Positions 49,001 through 63,381 of a stretch of DNA of 64,000 bases are shown in pieces (the first letter of the stretch is position 1; each line of letters begins with the position of its first letter). Made by a program: the position numbers and the translations under genes. Below the pieces are notes generated by a model. That model searched no databases. It was not told the origin of the DNA and saw only the letters and a program-made list of their open reading frames with translations. The DNA comes from Octopus sinensis (taxonomy: Eukaryota): NCBI RefSeq assembly GCF_006345805.1, contig NC_042997.1, positions 38,936,001 through 39,000,000 of the forward strand, written 5' to 3'.

Positions 49001-50897
49001 TTAGCTGTGTGTATGTTGGAATGTGACAGCTAAGTGTGGTTGTGTGCGTTTTCTTCAGTCGAATATACCCTTCCAAAGTAAGTTAAAAATTTGAACCATG
49101 TTGGCAGAAATTTCCAAGAAGGAATACGGTTACTTGTTTTCTTCGCAAACGGTAGGTCGTTGAACCCGCGTGTAAGCCAACGCTGAAACAGGAGAGGTAC
49201 AAGGCAGTATATAGTCCGCTGAGCCCGGTAATTTGTCCAAAACAGCCGATCCACAATATAAGTAAGATACGATATTCTTGTATCAATAGGTAAGATGGTC
49301 TTACATACGAAAAGAGTGACTGCTAGGACTGGTCACCTAGATTGGGATAGTTTAAGGTATATGTCAATACCGAGGCAGTCTATGACGGCGTTACGTATGA
49401 TTTATTTTTCGCTATTCAGAATCGCTAACAGATTTATGTTACTTATTTATCTTTACCTTGAATGGTATAGCTCTGAATCTTTTTATTGATCTTAAGTGAC
49501 CTCCGGTCTGGGAATCCATATCCTCCTCGCACAAAGTCGGAGTGGATGTGTATCCCTCTCTAGGTTTGTATCTGTTTAAAGTACCAATGGAACGACTCAC
49601 TTCCCACAATACCAATTTAAATATATTTTTAATCAACTGTTATTTATCCTGGTAGAAACTCTGTTTATCCACTATTTACAAATATTGAAAGTTTCGTAAA
49701 TCTTAATTACCATAATTCAAGTCAAGTTTCCAATGTTGTTAATTCCAGAAGAATAATTGCTATGAAACATTTTATAGTATTTAAAGATAGGTGAAAGTGC
49801 ACCGCTGTATGTTTTTATTTTATCTAATGATATTATCAGATTTATTAGATTGTTTACAGACGTAACCTCGATTCTCATTACTTCCGTTTGTATCTGACAC
49901 TAAGTTTAGCTCAGATGTTTTTATAACAAATAAATAAAAGTTTTAGATGTATATGGTTTTAGACAAATCTAACTTACAAACAGAACAATATTAAAATTCT
50001 TGGTAGTACATGATTAACTTTAGAGTGATAGTAAATGACTTTACTCGATGACAATATTTATAAAACCGCTAAAGTACAGATTGTAATCAAAGCAGTAATT
50101 TTCATATTGAGAAAACTTTCTCTTCTGTAAATTTGAAGAAATAACAAACCGTTATATGACTATGTAATAAACAGTTATATAATTATAAATGGAGTCACCA
50201 AAAGCTTAAGTCTATCTATAGCAATCGAACATCAGTATCTATGTTTCTCCTATGTTACTTTATTGCCTTTAGTTTTTTTTCTCTCATTTTGAAAATAATT
50301 TTCTTCTTTTTTTTCCTATTTTGTAAAATATAAGGATCGCCCTTAGACAATCATTTCATATGCCAGATGTTTATAGAATTATGTGGGTATTTCGAGTCTT
50401 GTCAGAGATCTCGTGATGGATATTCAAAAGTCTAAATTTCCTGGTTTCGTGTAAAATAATACTCATAAAATAACAACAACATCACTTAGAACATCTACAA
50501 AATTAAAATCATCAAACGATATTTGTAGTTGTATTGCATGATAAATATCATAATTTCAGACTATGAGTACCCTTCACCGAGGAAAGAGAATGGTCAAGCT
50601 TGTTATGATTAATATACTTACTTAGCACCCATGATATATTGTCAAAGATATACCTTGTCTTAAACATCGATCCTCAAATTGTACAATTTAATTTTCGCTA
50701 ACACTATCAGAAGTGTATAATGTCATTAACGGATGTCACATTTGTTTTATTCCAAACAAAACTAAGCCATATTTCTCAACTGAAATCAAAGTTTATTATA
50801 ATACTTGTTTAATATCTACTTAATGCTGAAATGTTTTACCATAATTTTATTATCCTAAAGCTACTTGATTCCTTTTTTTTTTTTGACATTTTTACAG

Positions 50898-51024
50898 GCA
50901 GCTTGACTGTGCACGAGTATCAATCCATAAAAACTTCTTCATGGCTTCAATTTTAAATGGACTTGTTTGGATAGTAGAATATAAAGTTATTGTTAATGAA
51001 GGACACATACTTCACGAAAACTTT
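50898..51024 (+). CDS. Class B1 GPCR, ICL1-TM2-ECL1 exon
   Basis: TTTTTACAG|G...TTT|GTAAGT; 127 nt; (R)QLDCARVSIHKNFFMASILNGLVWIVEYKVIVNEGHILHENF; phase 2 start fits the TM1 exon. Confidence 0.92.
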
Positions 51025-51128
51025 GTAAGTTTTAATTTTGATTTTTGTCGAGTTTTTCCTTACTTTACTAACGTCCACTAATCTGTGAACAATGTTTGGT
51101 ACAACTAACATTAGTCACCGACATATAA

Positions 51129-51342
51129 AGCTGCGAGCTGGCAGAATCGTTACCGTGCCGGACAAAATGCTTAGTGGCATTTCGTCCGTCTTTACGTTCT
51201 GAGTTCAAATGCTGCCAGATCGACTTTGTCTTTCATTCATTCGGAATCAATAAAATAAGTACCTTTTGAGCATTGGGGTCGATCTAATCGACTTAGCCCC
51301 ACCCCCGAAATTTCTGACCTTGTGTCAAAACTTGAAACAATT
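51129..51342 (+). mobile_element. SINE family C, second tail type
   Basis: Head GCGAGCTGGCAGAATCGTT plus central block. Confidence 0.8.
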
Positions 51343-53251
51343 ATTCACAATTATTGATAGTGTCAGTGCTGGGTTCTAATTCTGAGAATAACCTAAAAAC
51401 TACTGCATTTAATTTTCTTGACACCTTAAGATCTACTGCCCCATTAGAAGCAGATACAAACATTATAAAAAGTTAAATATTGATTCACTTCCAAAGAAAA
51501 CAAGACTTAATTTTGAAAAGGAAAGAAACTATTGATTCAAAACAATTTTCTGTTTAAATGGCACTTCTGCATGTTACAAAGTGTAATTGTCGTATATTGA
51601 TATGACCAAAATATTGCTCCAATTGACCACTCGCTCCTGAAAGACAATCACCGATAGTCAAATCACTAAGAATGTGTTTCTCACCATGAGAAGGTCGGTA
51701 ATAGGAGATAGAATTTGAAGTCAAACCGCATAGAGCCAGAAAAGATATGTAAAGCAACTCTTTCAACACGAACAATTCTTACAATGCACAGCTTTCGGCA
51801 ATTATTTAATTCATTGACTACGAAATGATGAAAAACAAAGTTGATTTCGACTGCATTTGTATTCAGAGGATAGGAGAGAGCAGGAACAAATTTTGCAAAG
51901 CATTCTATCCGATGCTCTGAAGACTTCGCCAATTCACCGTCGTTGAATTGAGACGTAACTGTATCGACGTTAGATGAATAAAAAGCAAAGCAAATTCCAA
52001 ATGGAATTTGAATCAGAAAGACAAAGATGTGGTCTAACTGCGATATAGCGTCTAATTCGATTTTCTTGTTTTTCTTTGACAAATTGTAACGTTTATTTAA
52101 ATAGTGAAGCCATGCTGAATTCTATCACTGTGGTTTCTCGCACATGAAAATTAATGGGTTCACTGCAAACTATTGTCTAAATAAATCCCAAACCAAAGTA
52201 AATAACACCAAGTACTCTTTATTTCTGTAACATTTCAATGATAGATTAGAGTTGTTTGAACGGTGAATAAAATGCCTTGAAGTATTTGTTACCTTCTGAG
52301 ATCAATTTTGCCTTATATCCTACGGGATCAATAAAATAAAGTATGAGAAAAATATTGGGCTTGATATAATCGACTAACGCCATTCGAAATCGGTACCTTT
52401 GTACCTAAATTAGAAATTATTATTTCAGCAATATTCACTATACTAGAAATAGTATAGTGAATATTTTCTTAGTGACAATGTATGCCATCAGACCAGAAGT
52501 TAATCAGAATCGATTAAACTATTAGTGCACTTCAGCAACAACGACTTACTGTCACAGAGGTATAAGCGTATATTTTATCTCATAGAATATATACAGCTAA
52601 GATCTGACTGCATGACATCTGCTAAATCTAGCTTTATGTTTTCCCAAAATAATGAGTTTTTTTATATGATATTAAATAATATCTCAGTGTGACATGTTTG
52701 CTAACACAAGTTTTGCAATGAAATATCAAAACAGAATTTATTTCCGTTTCATTTCTCCCAAGACTTACAGCTTATGCAAGAATATTTCTATTACTTCTTA
52801 TATCCTATCAATTTTGCAATTGTTCGCTTTCATAGATCGATCACTCACTTTTTTTTTCATTCTAAGTCAGTTTCTCTATACGCTTTGGAGATTAAGCTAA
52901 CGATGAAGCATTTTTAAATACTATTGAACCATGAAAATTATATACTTGGAGTACAAACAATCCTTACGAAAATATCGATATCAACATTTTCTTTTAATGA
53001 ATAAACATGCTATACGTTCATGGATTTTAAATAATGGTGTTGATATCGACATTTTCTTAAAGACTTCATTTTAAGTATATATGTTTTGCTCGTCAAGGAT
53101 ATTGGAGATTCAATGATGTATAGAAAATTTGGAGGGGAGGAGTTTATTCGGTTATATCGACCACAGAACTTGGCAGTTACTTTATTTTATCAACCCAGAA
53201 AACATGAAACCCGAAATAATTGCTTATGTTTTTCCTTGTAATATTACTCAT

Positions 53252-53583
53252 TTAAAAAAAAAGACTCCGCCGGTTACGACGACGAGGGTCCCAGCTGATA
53301 CGATCAACGGAACAGCTTGCTCGTGAAATTAACGTGCAAATGGCTGAGCATTCCACAGACACGTGTACCCTTAACGTAGTTCTCGGGGATAATCAGCGTG
53401 ACACAGAGAGTGACAAGGCTGACCCTTTGAAATACAAGTACAACTCATTTTTGCCAGCTGAGTGGACTGGAGCAACGTGAAATAAAGTGTCTTGCTCAAG
53501 GACACAACGCGTCGCCGGGAATCGAACTCACAACCTTACGATCATGAGCCGAATGCCCTAACCACTAAGCCACGCGCCCTCAC
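53252..53583 (-). mobile_element. tRNA-derived SINE, family A head/core with tail Y, 13-bp TSD
   Basis: TAATATTACTCAT at 53239-53251 and 53584-53596; head and core as at 8881, tail as at 34581-34947. Confidence 0.88.
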
Positions 53584-53603
53584 TAATATTACTCATACAT
53601 GTA

Positions 53604-53820
53604 AGGCGGCGAGCTGACAGAACCGTTAGCACATTGGGTAAAATACTTAGCGACATTTCATCTGTCTTTACGCTTTGAGTTCAAATTCCAACGAGATCGA
53701 CTCTGCCTTTCATCCTTTCGGGGTCGATAAAATAAGTACCAGTTGCGCACTGGGGTTGATGTAATCGACTTAATCCCTTCTCTGAAATTGCTGGCCCTGT
53801 GCCAAATTTTGAAAACCATT
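53604..53820 (+). mobile_element. SINE family C, second tail type
   Basis: Full head and central block. Confidence 0.82.
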
Positions 53821-54666
53821 TTACTCATATAGAACCACAAGTATTTTTGTAAATATTAACTATTCAGCCAGTTCTTACATCAGGTGGTACATGCATTTTT
53901 TTCTTCTAGAACTTAGAAATATATTTAGGTAATGCATTAGTAGTTTAAATTTAAAGTTATCAACAAATGTTGCGGCTTCATGACAAATATTTTCTTCTTC
54001 ATTCGGTGACACAAATAAATTAATCTATTTGCATGTAATCTTCAATCTTAAAAGCTTAAAAGTATAATTGTCTACGACTTTATGAAATTCTATGCAGAGA
54101 ACCAATACTTTCTAATTAGTCTAAGCTCCTGAGGTGAGTTATGTAATGAACAGTGTTTTTATAAAGTATCCTTACTAAAAAAAAAATTATTTTATAAATC
54201 TAACAAATTTATTATGACTTAGGGCCGCCGGTGAGAGTGAATGCAGCTAGCAACTAGATAACTGACTTGCAATTCCATACACTGAAGTTCTATGTTTTAA
54301 GGTTTGCAAAATTTGTAAGGCTATGATCAGTTAGAAAGATCTTGAATTATCACGAGATATTTAATGTTGAAGCTATAGTTGCTTATTCATTTCTTTCTGG
54401 CGAATGCGACTAATTAATAAAATAGAGTAGCAGACGGTTATCCAAGGAGTCGACTGTTTATATTTTGTTACAGATATGGGAAAGAAATATAACTCACAAA
54501 TAACCCAGTTTACTCTAAATGGTACAACAAAAAAACAACTCAGGACTCACCGTCAAAATGAGTTCAAATTTAGTATTTCAGCAATCGCAGGATTACTCTA
54601 AGGGTTACATTTGGAAGTATTAGGATACACTGACATATTTGGAAGTACGTATCAGTGCTTATAATT

Positions 54667-55162
54667 TGTAACACATTCTCTGTATATCCCGTTATATCTG
54701 GAAACAATGGGCCACCGACTATTTGTCACATCTCATAAAAAATTATTATCTGATACTAGTAATAATACCACCTGTTTCACTATCGGTCGGTCCGTCGACG
54801 ATTGAACCGGTAATATTTTAGGATTACACCCCAGCGTACAGATGAACTCTTTTTAATAAGACAAAAAACAATTGTGTTCAAGGGCGAATTAACTGAACAA
54901 GAAGTCGCAGGTCACCAATCAAACCTATAAATGGAGCGGAGTTAATTGAAGGCATACGACTAGCATTACTGACTCTCTTGACAACCTCTCCAATCTATTT
55001 TCTCTCTCAGAGAAAACTCTAGGAGACTACGGCAAGAGAATCTACGTGATAAGCTGAGGATCATCCAAGATGGATGAAATAGCTCCTGATTAAGGTCATT
55101 ATCTCATTCTTCGCATTGTCGGAAATGACAGGTGCACGCCATTACTTATGGAATACGTTACA
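54667..55162. mobile_element. Probable solo LTR (496 bp)
   Basis: TGTAACACATTC...GAATACGTTACA terminal inverted ends (10/12); flanks TAATT/TAATC (5-bp TSD, one mismatch); internal CCTATAAATG. Confidence 0.55.
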
Positions 55163-55989
55163 TAATCGAATAAACTAGATGATGAAAACATTCGATAGTA
55201 ACGACCCTACCAATCGTTTTATAGAATACATGATTTATTGATTTATTATAGAAATTTATTATAGAAATTTCAGAATCACTCGATATAGAAATGCAACAAT
55301 TGATCTAGTGATATGTTACCAGTACAACAAGTACAACATATGTTAATGATCATAAGAGAATAATTTCTAATCATATATCTTTGTTATTAACGAATTGATT
55401 GGATTTTCGCGTCTATAAGATATATCTCTGATTCAGAAAGTAGATTAACATTTAAAATATTTTATATAAAATATTTAATATAAAAGATAGAGGTAGTCTA
55501 TTTTGCAAAATACATATAAAATATTAATGCCATTTTATCAATAATTTTATTACTTCTTTTAAATGTAATTCGATCTTCACAATATGCATCGGTATATTGG
55601 TATTAATGTGAATCAGTGTATGTGTAAATGTGTGTGAATGCGTGCGTATGAATGTATAGAGTGAGTGTTTGTGTTTTGTACGAGTATGAATATTTATAAT
55701 TTATTTGATATGCCGTTCTGGTATACTATTGAAAGTATTGGTTGATCTGATTTTGATAAAATCAAACAAACCAAAACAAAAATCCATATCACACGTTAAG
55801 TTGCTCTTCAGAATGGTAAAAAGATTAAAAGATTATGCTGCACCTCGGTATATATCTACAATATATTTTCTGCTTTAAAATTTAATGTTTAAACCTTTTG
55901 AACTAGAACACAGTTAATAAGAAATATAAGAATATTCTGTTCGTGAAGCCATATAATCTAACATCTTCATTTCAAAAGATTACAGTATA

Positions 55990-56174
55990 GGCGTAGGAGT
56001 GGTTGTGTGGTAAGTAGCGTGCTTACCAACCACATGGTTCCGGATTCAGTCCCACTGCGTGGCACCTTGGGCAAGTGTCTTCTACTATAGCCTCGGGCCG
56101 ACCAAAGCCTTGTGAATGGATTTGGTAGACGGAAACTGAAAGAAACCCGTCATATTTACGTATATATATGAGTG

Positions 56175-56236
<62 letters not shown>

Positions 56237-56443
56237 CTGTCTGTATTTGTCCCCCTCGCTTAACAACCGAAGCTGGTGTGTTTACGTCCCCGTAACTTAG
56301 CGGTTCGGCAAAAGAGACCGATAGAATAAGTACTAGGCTTACAAAGAATAAGTCCTGGGGTCGATTTGCTCGACTAAAGGCGGTGCTCCAGCATGGCCAC
56401 AGTCAAATGACTGAAACAAGTAAAAGAGTAAAGAGTAAAGAGT
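55990..56443 (+). mobile_element. tRNA-derived SINE, family D, full length
   Basis: Head, internal (GT)n, tail AAGTAAAAGAGTAAAGAGTA. Confidence 0.9.
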
Positions 56444-57027
56444 ATTTTTTGAATTGGAAAGAGGTACTTTTTCGAGTAGAACATTCAGGTAATATGATGT
56501 AGAATCTTTTATTGTTGCATCATTAAGTATCTAAGACTATATTATTATTTAATGTACCATTCCTATTTTCATTTGTTCTGTAAAGAATAGTCTCCTGTTT
56601 CTAGTGGGTCGATATACTGGGTAGAGGCTTCCACATTGACTTGCATTTTATTGATATGTAATCTACCAATCATAAAGACGCTTAAGGAAGTAACATCAAC
56701 CTCGATAGATTTAAGATTCGGAACAGTACACAGAGGAATACAATACAGGAAAAAATATTGATTTTATGCTGGTTTGTGTTTTTTTTTCAGCAAAACATGC
56801 ATATTTCATATGCATGTGTGTTCAAATGCAGCTTTAGTCTACATCTACTTGTGAGCAATATATATTGCCGTGATCTATCTATGTAACTGTGCATAAAGAA
56901 ATTTCCTCTAGTACCCTCTCTGTATTCTTTGACTGAGGTACTTGATTGTTCTTGGTTTAGCGAATGTAGTTATAGAATAGTTACATAAATATACAAGAGA
57001 AAATGAAATGTTACATAATAAAAATTT

Positions 57028-57215
57028 CTACTCTTTTACTTGTTTCAGTCATTTGACTGCGGCCATGTTGGAGCACCGCCTTTAGTCGAGCAAATCGACC
57101 CCAGGACTTATTCTTTGGAAGCCTAGTACTTATTCTATCGGTCTCTTTTGCCGAACCGCTAAGTTACGGGAACGTAGACACACCACCATCGGTTGTCAAG
57201 CGATATTGGGGGACA
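57028..57215 (-). mobile_element. SINE family D, 3' half only
   Basis: Reverse complement of the family D tail region. Confidence 0.85.
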
Positions 57216-57568
57216 AAAATGAGGGAAATCTCTACATTTTATCAAAATTAAGTTGTCATATATTCAGTTTGCAATTCGAAGTATTCGATACAGGGATATG
57301 TTTAAGATGAAATATTTGTATTGCTTCCTAACATATATAAGACTTAAAAGGTTTTTGACAAGCACAATGTTCAATTAAGCAACAGTTGCATTACGAAAAT
57401 GAAAATCTTAATATCGCATGTACCTCCCTATAAGACTGGAACCATTTTGCTCATCCAAAAATAGAAATTCTTGCCCTTAAAAAAAAACTTTTGCGATGCA
57501 AAAGTCATGGTTTATAAGGCGGGAGTTAGACAAGCTCCGGCGTGACAAATATAAGATATATATATATT

Positions 57569-57609
<41 letters not shown>

Positions 57610-57642
57610 ATATATTCCACCTTGTTTCACATTTATGTGCTT

Positions 57643-58015
57643 GGAGTGGATGTGTGGTAAGTAGCTTGCTTACCATCCACAAGGCTCCAGGTTCAGTCCC
57701 ACTGCGTGGCACCTTGTGAGTGGATTTGGTAGACGGAAACTAAAAGAAGCTCGTCATATATATATGTGTGTATGTGTGTGTATGTGTATGTGCGTGTGTG
57801 TGTGTGTCTGTGTTTGTATCCCCACCATCGCTTGACAACTGATGTTGGTGTGTTTACGTCCCCGTAAACTAGCGGTTCGGCAAAAGAGACCGATAGAATA
57901 AGTACTAGGCTTACAAAGATTAAGTCCTGGGGTTGATTCTTCGATTAAAACCTTTTGAGGCAGTGCTCCAGCATGACAAATGACTGAAGTAAACAAATAA
58001 AGGAATAAAAGAATA
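57643..58015 (+). mobile_element. SINE family D with internal deletion
   Basis: Head and tail present; the block between GGCACCTTG and TGAGTGG is missing. Confidence 0.82.
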
Positions 58016-59415
58016 CGTCAATCAGTGAATCACCTTTTAATTTATTTAAATTAATTTCATTGAGTCATGTGAGCTATTTTTCCTTACTCATTTTATTTTT
58101 AGTTAAACTATAAAAAATATTTATATCATTATTGAAACCCATTGAATTCTTCTATCTATCCATCTATCTATCATTCTGTCTATCTATCTATCTATAAATT
58201 AGATACCAGATAAGTATGCTTTAAAAATCCTAAGATGACAAAACTACAATATGGAGCCGTTTACCCCATTCTATAATTCTTAATATTTGCATTATTTCTT
58301 TCGTACATCCATTAGTTTTTAAGAAAGAAAGCTGAATTCAAATACTTCTACAGTCGATTTCACCTGAATGTTACCAATAAAACCAGCCCACAGAAGACCC
58401 ACTACGTAGTCGGTCGACCAGCTAAGAATAGAAACCTAATTTCTCTTAAGATACGTATAATGGTCTTAAGTATGCAAAAGACACATTTGGTAAGATTGTC
58501 CTAAATAGCCCCCCTAGAAACACTGGATGACTCACGATTGGAATGTCTTTGATCATAGGTCTGCTTGCTCAGTATTGACCCGGGATTATACAACAACAAC
58601 AATGCTACGATTATATTACGGTTTGAATCCATCGATTGTGTTTTAATATTATGTAAAAGATAACGCCAAAGAAAAAATAATCTCTTCTTAAAGTAATGGA
58701 TTATTAGGAACGGTGGAGTACAAGACCGAATACTTTTCACTAAATAGTTCTTCAAGAGTACGAACTCAGACCTTTGTGTTGTCTTTACCATTCATTGCTC
58801 TGGAATTGATAAATAAGTAGAGCCATTCATGAACTGAAATCTTTTGAACCAACTACTTTCCACCTTCATAACTATGTAGATTCCTGGCTAGTCTGGAAGT
58901 CATTGTCTTTTATTCGGAAGCATGAACGATTAAATTATCTTTTTACAGCAACGTCTCAGGATTTAGATGTCTAACTTCAGAACTACTAATGGCATGAGGA
59001 CAATCAGTTTTTTTTTTATGTATATAGTCCACAGTTATTAAAGGAATATTAATCAGAAAAAAAAGCAATACATGCGTATATTTCGTTTATAGAAATAGGA
59101 ATTTATTTGAATGAAGAAAAAAAGCATTTCCCTGTTACTATAATACAAGCATTACAGTTTTAACCTTACAATAAAAGGTCGTATTAACTGCTATTCATAG
59201 CCACGAACATACCAATATGAATCTGTAAACTCTGATTGATTTTCTTTTTCCTGTAGGCCTATCTGCTTATTACTACTGCGAAAGTAAATTGCTTTAGTCA
59301 ATTATCAGACTCTCTTTATGTTATTCATTGTCTTTGGGTTTTTTTTTCTATTTCATTTTATTTTTCCAGGCCATGTTCTCCGAATATTTCTTTATATTAT
59401 TTCTACGTATTTCAG

Positions 59416-59569
59416 GTCTGGTGCCAAGCAGTTCATGTGATCACACAGTACACTACTTGTAGTAATTATTTCTGGATGTTCTGTGAAGGATTCTTTATGC
59501 ACACACTCATTATGAACGCTTTTTCTACTTCATGTCCGCTACTTTATATTTGTCATATCATCGGATGGG
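59416..59569 (+). CDS. Class B1 GPCR, TM3-ICL2-TM4 start exon
   Basis: TATTTCAG|...TGGG|GTAAGT; 154 nt; VWCQAVHVITQYTTCSNYFWMFCEGFFMHTLIMNAFSTSCPLLYICHIIGW(G), with hallmark NYFWMxCEG and GWG. Confidence 0.96.
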
Positions 59570-59639
59570 GTAAGTGGCTCCATATTTTATCTTTGTCACC
59601 TTATCTAGTATTTGATAGCATACTCATCTGGTATCTAAT

Positions 59640-59738
59640 AGCTAGATAGCTAGATAGATAGATGACAGACAGACAGACAGACAGACAGACAGATAGACAG
59701 ACAGACAGATAGACAGATAGACAGACAGATAGACAGAC

Positions 59739-59769
<31 letters not shown>

Positions 59770-59774
59770 TAGAC

Positions 59775-59854
<80 letters not shown>

Positions 59855-59875
59855 GGACGGACGGACGGACAGATA
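59640..59875. repeat. (GATA)n/(GACA)n compound microsatellite
   Basis: Direct inspection. Confidence 0.95.
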
Positions 59876-59880
59876 GTCCG

Positions 59881-60342
<462 letters not shown>

Positions 60343-60430
60343 ATATATTAATACATGTAGAATTACTGGTCGTGAATAAAAAACATTATTTCTCTCTCAA
60401 CTTTTCACTTACTTGGCATAAAATCACATA

Positions 60431-60664
60431 TACTCTTTTACTCTTTTACTTGTTTCAGTCATTTGACTGCGGCCATGCTGGAGCACCGCCTTTTTTAATC
60501 TAGCAACTCGACCCCGGGACTTATTCTTTTGTAAGCCCAGTACTTATTCTATCGGTCTCTTTTGCCGAACCGCTAAGTAACGGGGACATAAACACACCAT
60601 CATCGGTTGTTAAGCAATGCTAGGGGGACAAACACGCACACACAAACACACCCACGCATATATA

Positions 60665-60712
<48 letters not shown>

Positions 60713-60866
60713 GACGGGCTTCTTTCAGTTTCCGTCTACCAAATCCACTCACAAGGCTTTGGTCGGTCCGAGGCTATAGTAGAAGACACTTGCCCAAGGT
60801 GCCACGCAGTGGGACTGAACCCGGAACCATGTGGTTGGTAAACAAGCTACTTACCACACAGCCACT
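60431..60866 (-). mobile_element. SINE family D
   Basis: Full reverse-complement copy, tail-to-tail with 59881-60342. Confidence 0.9.
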
Positions 60867-61468
60867 ATAATTTTGTTTTGAAGGCAAATATTATACATAA
60901 AAATCAAGAAAATCGTATGTGCTGTCTAACGATAAGATGTAAACTGGTAATTTTCTAAACATTTAAAATAATGTCACTTTTATGGAACGAAACAAAATTA
61001 AAATGTTATCAGCCCAAAGTTCAATCAATAAAAACACTTCTTAGATTCATTATGAAACTACCAATCAAAATATTTCATCCCACTTAGTATAATTTATCCC
61101 TCTAGTCAAACACCTGTTCTAGCGATGAATTGTATGCGATTTGTTCTTTGCATCTCTTGAAAATATTTTACATATTCACATCGTTCTTTTATAAAATTAA
61201 TGGCATTTCAGAAATCTTTAAAGAAGCAGGCAAAAAATACGATGTATTTTTGAGTATTTTTAACCAAAAATATTTTATAGTTAAATCTATTTTAGCACAA
61301 CGTTATAGATTTTGCCCCATGAACGTAGTCATACTATTTAGGATAGAAAAAATTCGAAGTTAGGAATCTGAGCGTCAAAAGTTTAACCCGTATCAGTGAT
61401 TCCGACAAAAACAAATTTGTTTTACAAAAAGGGCTTTTCAGGGATATATATATATATATATATATATA

Positions 61469-61649
61469 GGGAGAGTTTACGAAAAAAACAAAAGACGAAG
61501 ACAGGTGGTGTACAAAACAAGCAGATGTATTAGTATAACGCTCAGGATTAGAAAAAGTCTTTTACGTTTCGAGCCTACGCTCTTCTACAGAAAGGGACAC
61601 AGAAAAAACAAGTAGAGAAAAAATGTGTGTAGTGGCTAACGATCTATCA
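61469..61649 (-). mobile_element. Short Penelope-type terminal element inside (TA)n, carrying a hammerhead-like motif
   Basis: (TA)n at 61444-61468 and 61650-61667; related to 26226-26440. Confidence 0.7.
61559..61594 (-). ncRNA. Minimal hammerhead-like motif, variant core CUGUAGA
   Basis: CTTT / CTGTAGA / A / GAGC-GTAG-GCTC / GAAA / CG / TA / AAAG; stems I and II pair fully; triplet GUA. Confidence 0.62.
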
Positions 61650-63317
61650 TATATATATATATATATACTTCTATACACGCGCGCGCGCACACATACACAC
61701 ATGTATATATGTAAACCTATGTAGGATACATACAAAACATGGCAAATTTAACTATTTTTCCATCAAATGAGAAAATGATGATCAGCCTTAATCGACATTC
61801 GGCCCTTATTGTAGTTTCATCAGTGGTTTCCGCATCACTTGGCAAATCCCAGAGAAACATCTGTTTATATACACAACAATAACGGTAGCTTCAGTGAACT
61901 GGATCTACTGATTTGCACACCATGTACACAAATACATACTTATATACACATACACGCATGTATATACATATATGTGCATGCACATACAAATACACACACA
62001 CACACACACATAAAGTCTTTGCTATAGACTCATATAAATATGTACATTGATCAACAGGCAGTTATTTGTACTATATACGTGTGTTCATTTTTGTATTTTG
62101 ATATTTACTTATCTCTAAATAAACTTCCACCATTCCTCCCACCCAAATGTAAGGTCACGACGCTTTTATATCTTTATGTTTTAGTTTTATATGTTTGTAT
62201 TAATTGATGTGTATATCTGTTTTCAATATTTTATTTCTAAACATTTACAGGACTGGCATCTACCTAAAGCCGGCAATCTTAAACACTTTACATTATTTGT
62301 TTCCTTTTATTCCTTTCCTTTTCTCTTTCTCTCTTTATCTCTCTCTCCCTCTCACTCTCTCCTTCCCTCTCTCTCATTCCTTTTCTCTCATTCCGTCTCT
62401 CTCTCTCTCTCTATCTCTCTCTCTCGATTCCTTTCTCTCTCACTCAGTTTCTTTTCTTTTTTTTAACTACAACCCTGTATTTATCTCTTTCTTTATTTTC
62501 TTTTTCTCTTTTCTGTCCATCTGCCTCTCTTCTTCTTGTTCTTTTTTTCTCTATCTCTTTCTCTTTCTTTTGCTCTCTGCTTATTTCCCTTTCAACATAC
62601 TTTATCCAACATCAAGTATTTGATTTGTGTATGCATAATGCAATAGCATCCTTTCCTGATGAGCTCTTGTGATTCTGCAAACTATTGCTCTTGAAACATC
62701 CAATGCAGAGGATGCAGAGGATGCAAATAGTTACAATGCTGAAACAAATGTAAGGAACAAATGATATAAACTGTATCTCCTGTTATCATACTTTTTCCTA
62801 TATTTTCTCTGCATATCATAACCAGTAATACTATTTAAGTATAGTAGTAACCAAACCACTACACTGGAAGCAGAGACGCTTCCACTATACTAGAAGCAAG
62901 AAATGCTATATGTGTGTGTTTATGCTTCTGTGTGTGTGTAATACCTTATCTGAGAAACAATATTTTTCGGCTTTGCTAAAATAATATTTTACTCGACTTT
63001 TAATATTCGCATACTATTTTTGCATTCATAAACATGCATGCATATGCATGTGTGTGTATATGTATATTATACACATGTGTATGTATATGTGTGTGTCTTA
63101 ACTACTTCTTATTGCATGCATTACCATGTGAAGCTAATCATTTAATTTTCACTAATTTTCGGTTTACGTCGAAAACATTTCTATAGAAATGTTTCAAAAT
63201 TTGTTTTGTTTTAACAATGACTGCAAAGTCCACTATAACCATATCAACCGCCTCATTAATAACAATATAAGCTATTCTTTGTATTTTTTCTTTCTTTCTT
63301 TTGCGTTATGTCCACAG

Positions 63318-63381
63318 GTATCCCAGCTGTTCCAACGATTATATATTCTGTTCTCAGAGCACTTTATGGTGACAGTAAAAG
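63318..63381 (+). CDS. Class B1 GPCR, TM4-ECL2 exon
   Basis: Polypyrimidine tract, TCCACAG|GT...AAAG|GTAAAT; 64 nt; (G)IPAVPTIIYSVLRALYGDSK; phase 1 start completes GWG from the previous exon. Confidence 0.9.

Noticed and set aside
62650-62705. CTGATGA...GAAAC, a possible further hammerhead
   Set aside because: The bases flanking the core do not form stem II or stem I.
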